Positions 63,495-64,000 of a stretch of DNA of 64,000 nucleotides are shown piece by piece. The translations under genes were made by a program, and so were the position numbers. Source of the DNA: Macrostomum lignano (taxonomy: Eukaryota); NCBI GenBank assembly GCA_002269645.1, contig NIVC01001482.1, positions 1 to 64,000 of the forward strand, given 5' to 3'. The notes beneath the pieces were generated by a model, which did not search any database, was not told the origin of the DNA, and saw nothing but the letters and a program-made list of their open reading frames with translations. Position 1 is the first letter of the stretch. The number at the start of each line of letters is the position of its first letter.

Positions 63495-63669
63495 CAGTCA
63501 GATTGAAGACAAAGCCGCTTCGACCAGCCACATTGCTGGCCACGCACTGGTACAGGCCGCGGTTGCTGGGGCGAAAACTTCGTATGAGCAGATCGGAAAT
63601 GTGCAGAGAACCAACGGCGCTGCTGTACAGGAACTGCGGATGGAGTGGCTTGGGTGATTTAATGCATGG
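63495..63669 (-). CDS. Immunoglobulin (I-set-like) domain exon of a gene running off the window end
   Basis: tctcctgcctag|PCIKSPKPLHPQFLYSSAVGSLHISDLLIRSFRPSNRGLYQCVASNVAGRSGFVFNLT G|gtgagc. Contains the Ig F-strand motif xGxYxCxAxNxxG. Confidence 0.82.
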
Positions 63670-63684
63670 CTAGGCAGGAGATAC

Positions 63685-63974
63685 AGTGTCTCTATCCAGT
63701 GTCTCTATCCAGTGTCTCTATCCAGTGTCTCTATCCAGTGTCTCTATCCAGTGTCTCTATCCAGTGTCTCTATCCAGTGTCTCTATCCAGTGTCTCTATC
63801 CAGTGTCTCTATCCAGTGTCTCTATCCAGTGTCTCTATCCAGTGTCTCTATCCAGTGTCTCTATCCAGTGTCTCTATCCAGTGTCTCTATCCAGTGTCTC
63901 TATCCAGTGTCTCTATCCAGTCTCTATCCAGTGTCTATCCAGTGTCTCTATCCAGTGTCTCTATCCAGTGTCTC
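63685..63974. repeat. 13-bp minisatellite
   Basis: Unit cagtgtctctatc, about 22 copies. Confidence 0.96.
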
Positions 63975-64000
63975 CAAACTCGGTGCTCACGAGATTGGGG

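Noticed and set aside
62068-63657. 529-aa + strand ORF with a non-repetitive tail
   Set aside because: It is the 57-bp array plus the antisense of the Ig exon.

Overview
This is repeat-rich animal genomic DNA with spliced genes. GC-rich polyQ exons and minisatellite-stuffed introns suggest a free-living flatworm such as Macrostomum, but that is inference only. Protein-coding genes assembled by hand from GT-AG junctions: an IQCK orthologue (+, 4 exons, 6901-9203); an RBFOX/Fox-1 splicing factor (-, 7 exons, 22602-12619); a tincar-like multi-pass membrane protein (-, 3 exons, 59282-52233); and the last two exons of an Ig-domain gene (-, 63669-60905), whose Ig exon is absent from the ORF track. 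Also present: a tRNA-Cys(GCA), a tRNA-derived CORE-like SINE, a decayed RTE retrotransposon, several non-autonomous DNA transposons with exact target-site duplications, and about 20 tandem arrays. The arrays explain almost all the long ORFs. The most unusual signal is a MITE family (two complete copies, each with a 14-bp TIR and a perfect 8-bp TSD) that carries a ~60-nt piece of 28S rRNA matching the helix 69-71 target site of R2, I-PpoI and Pokey.
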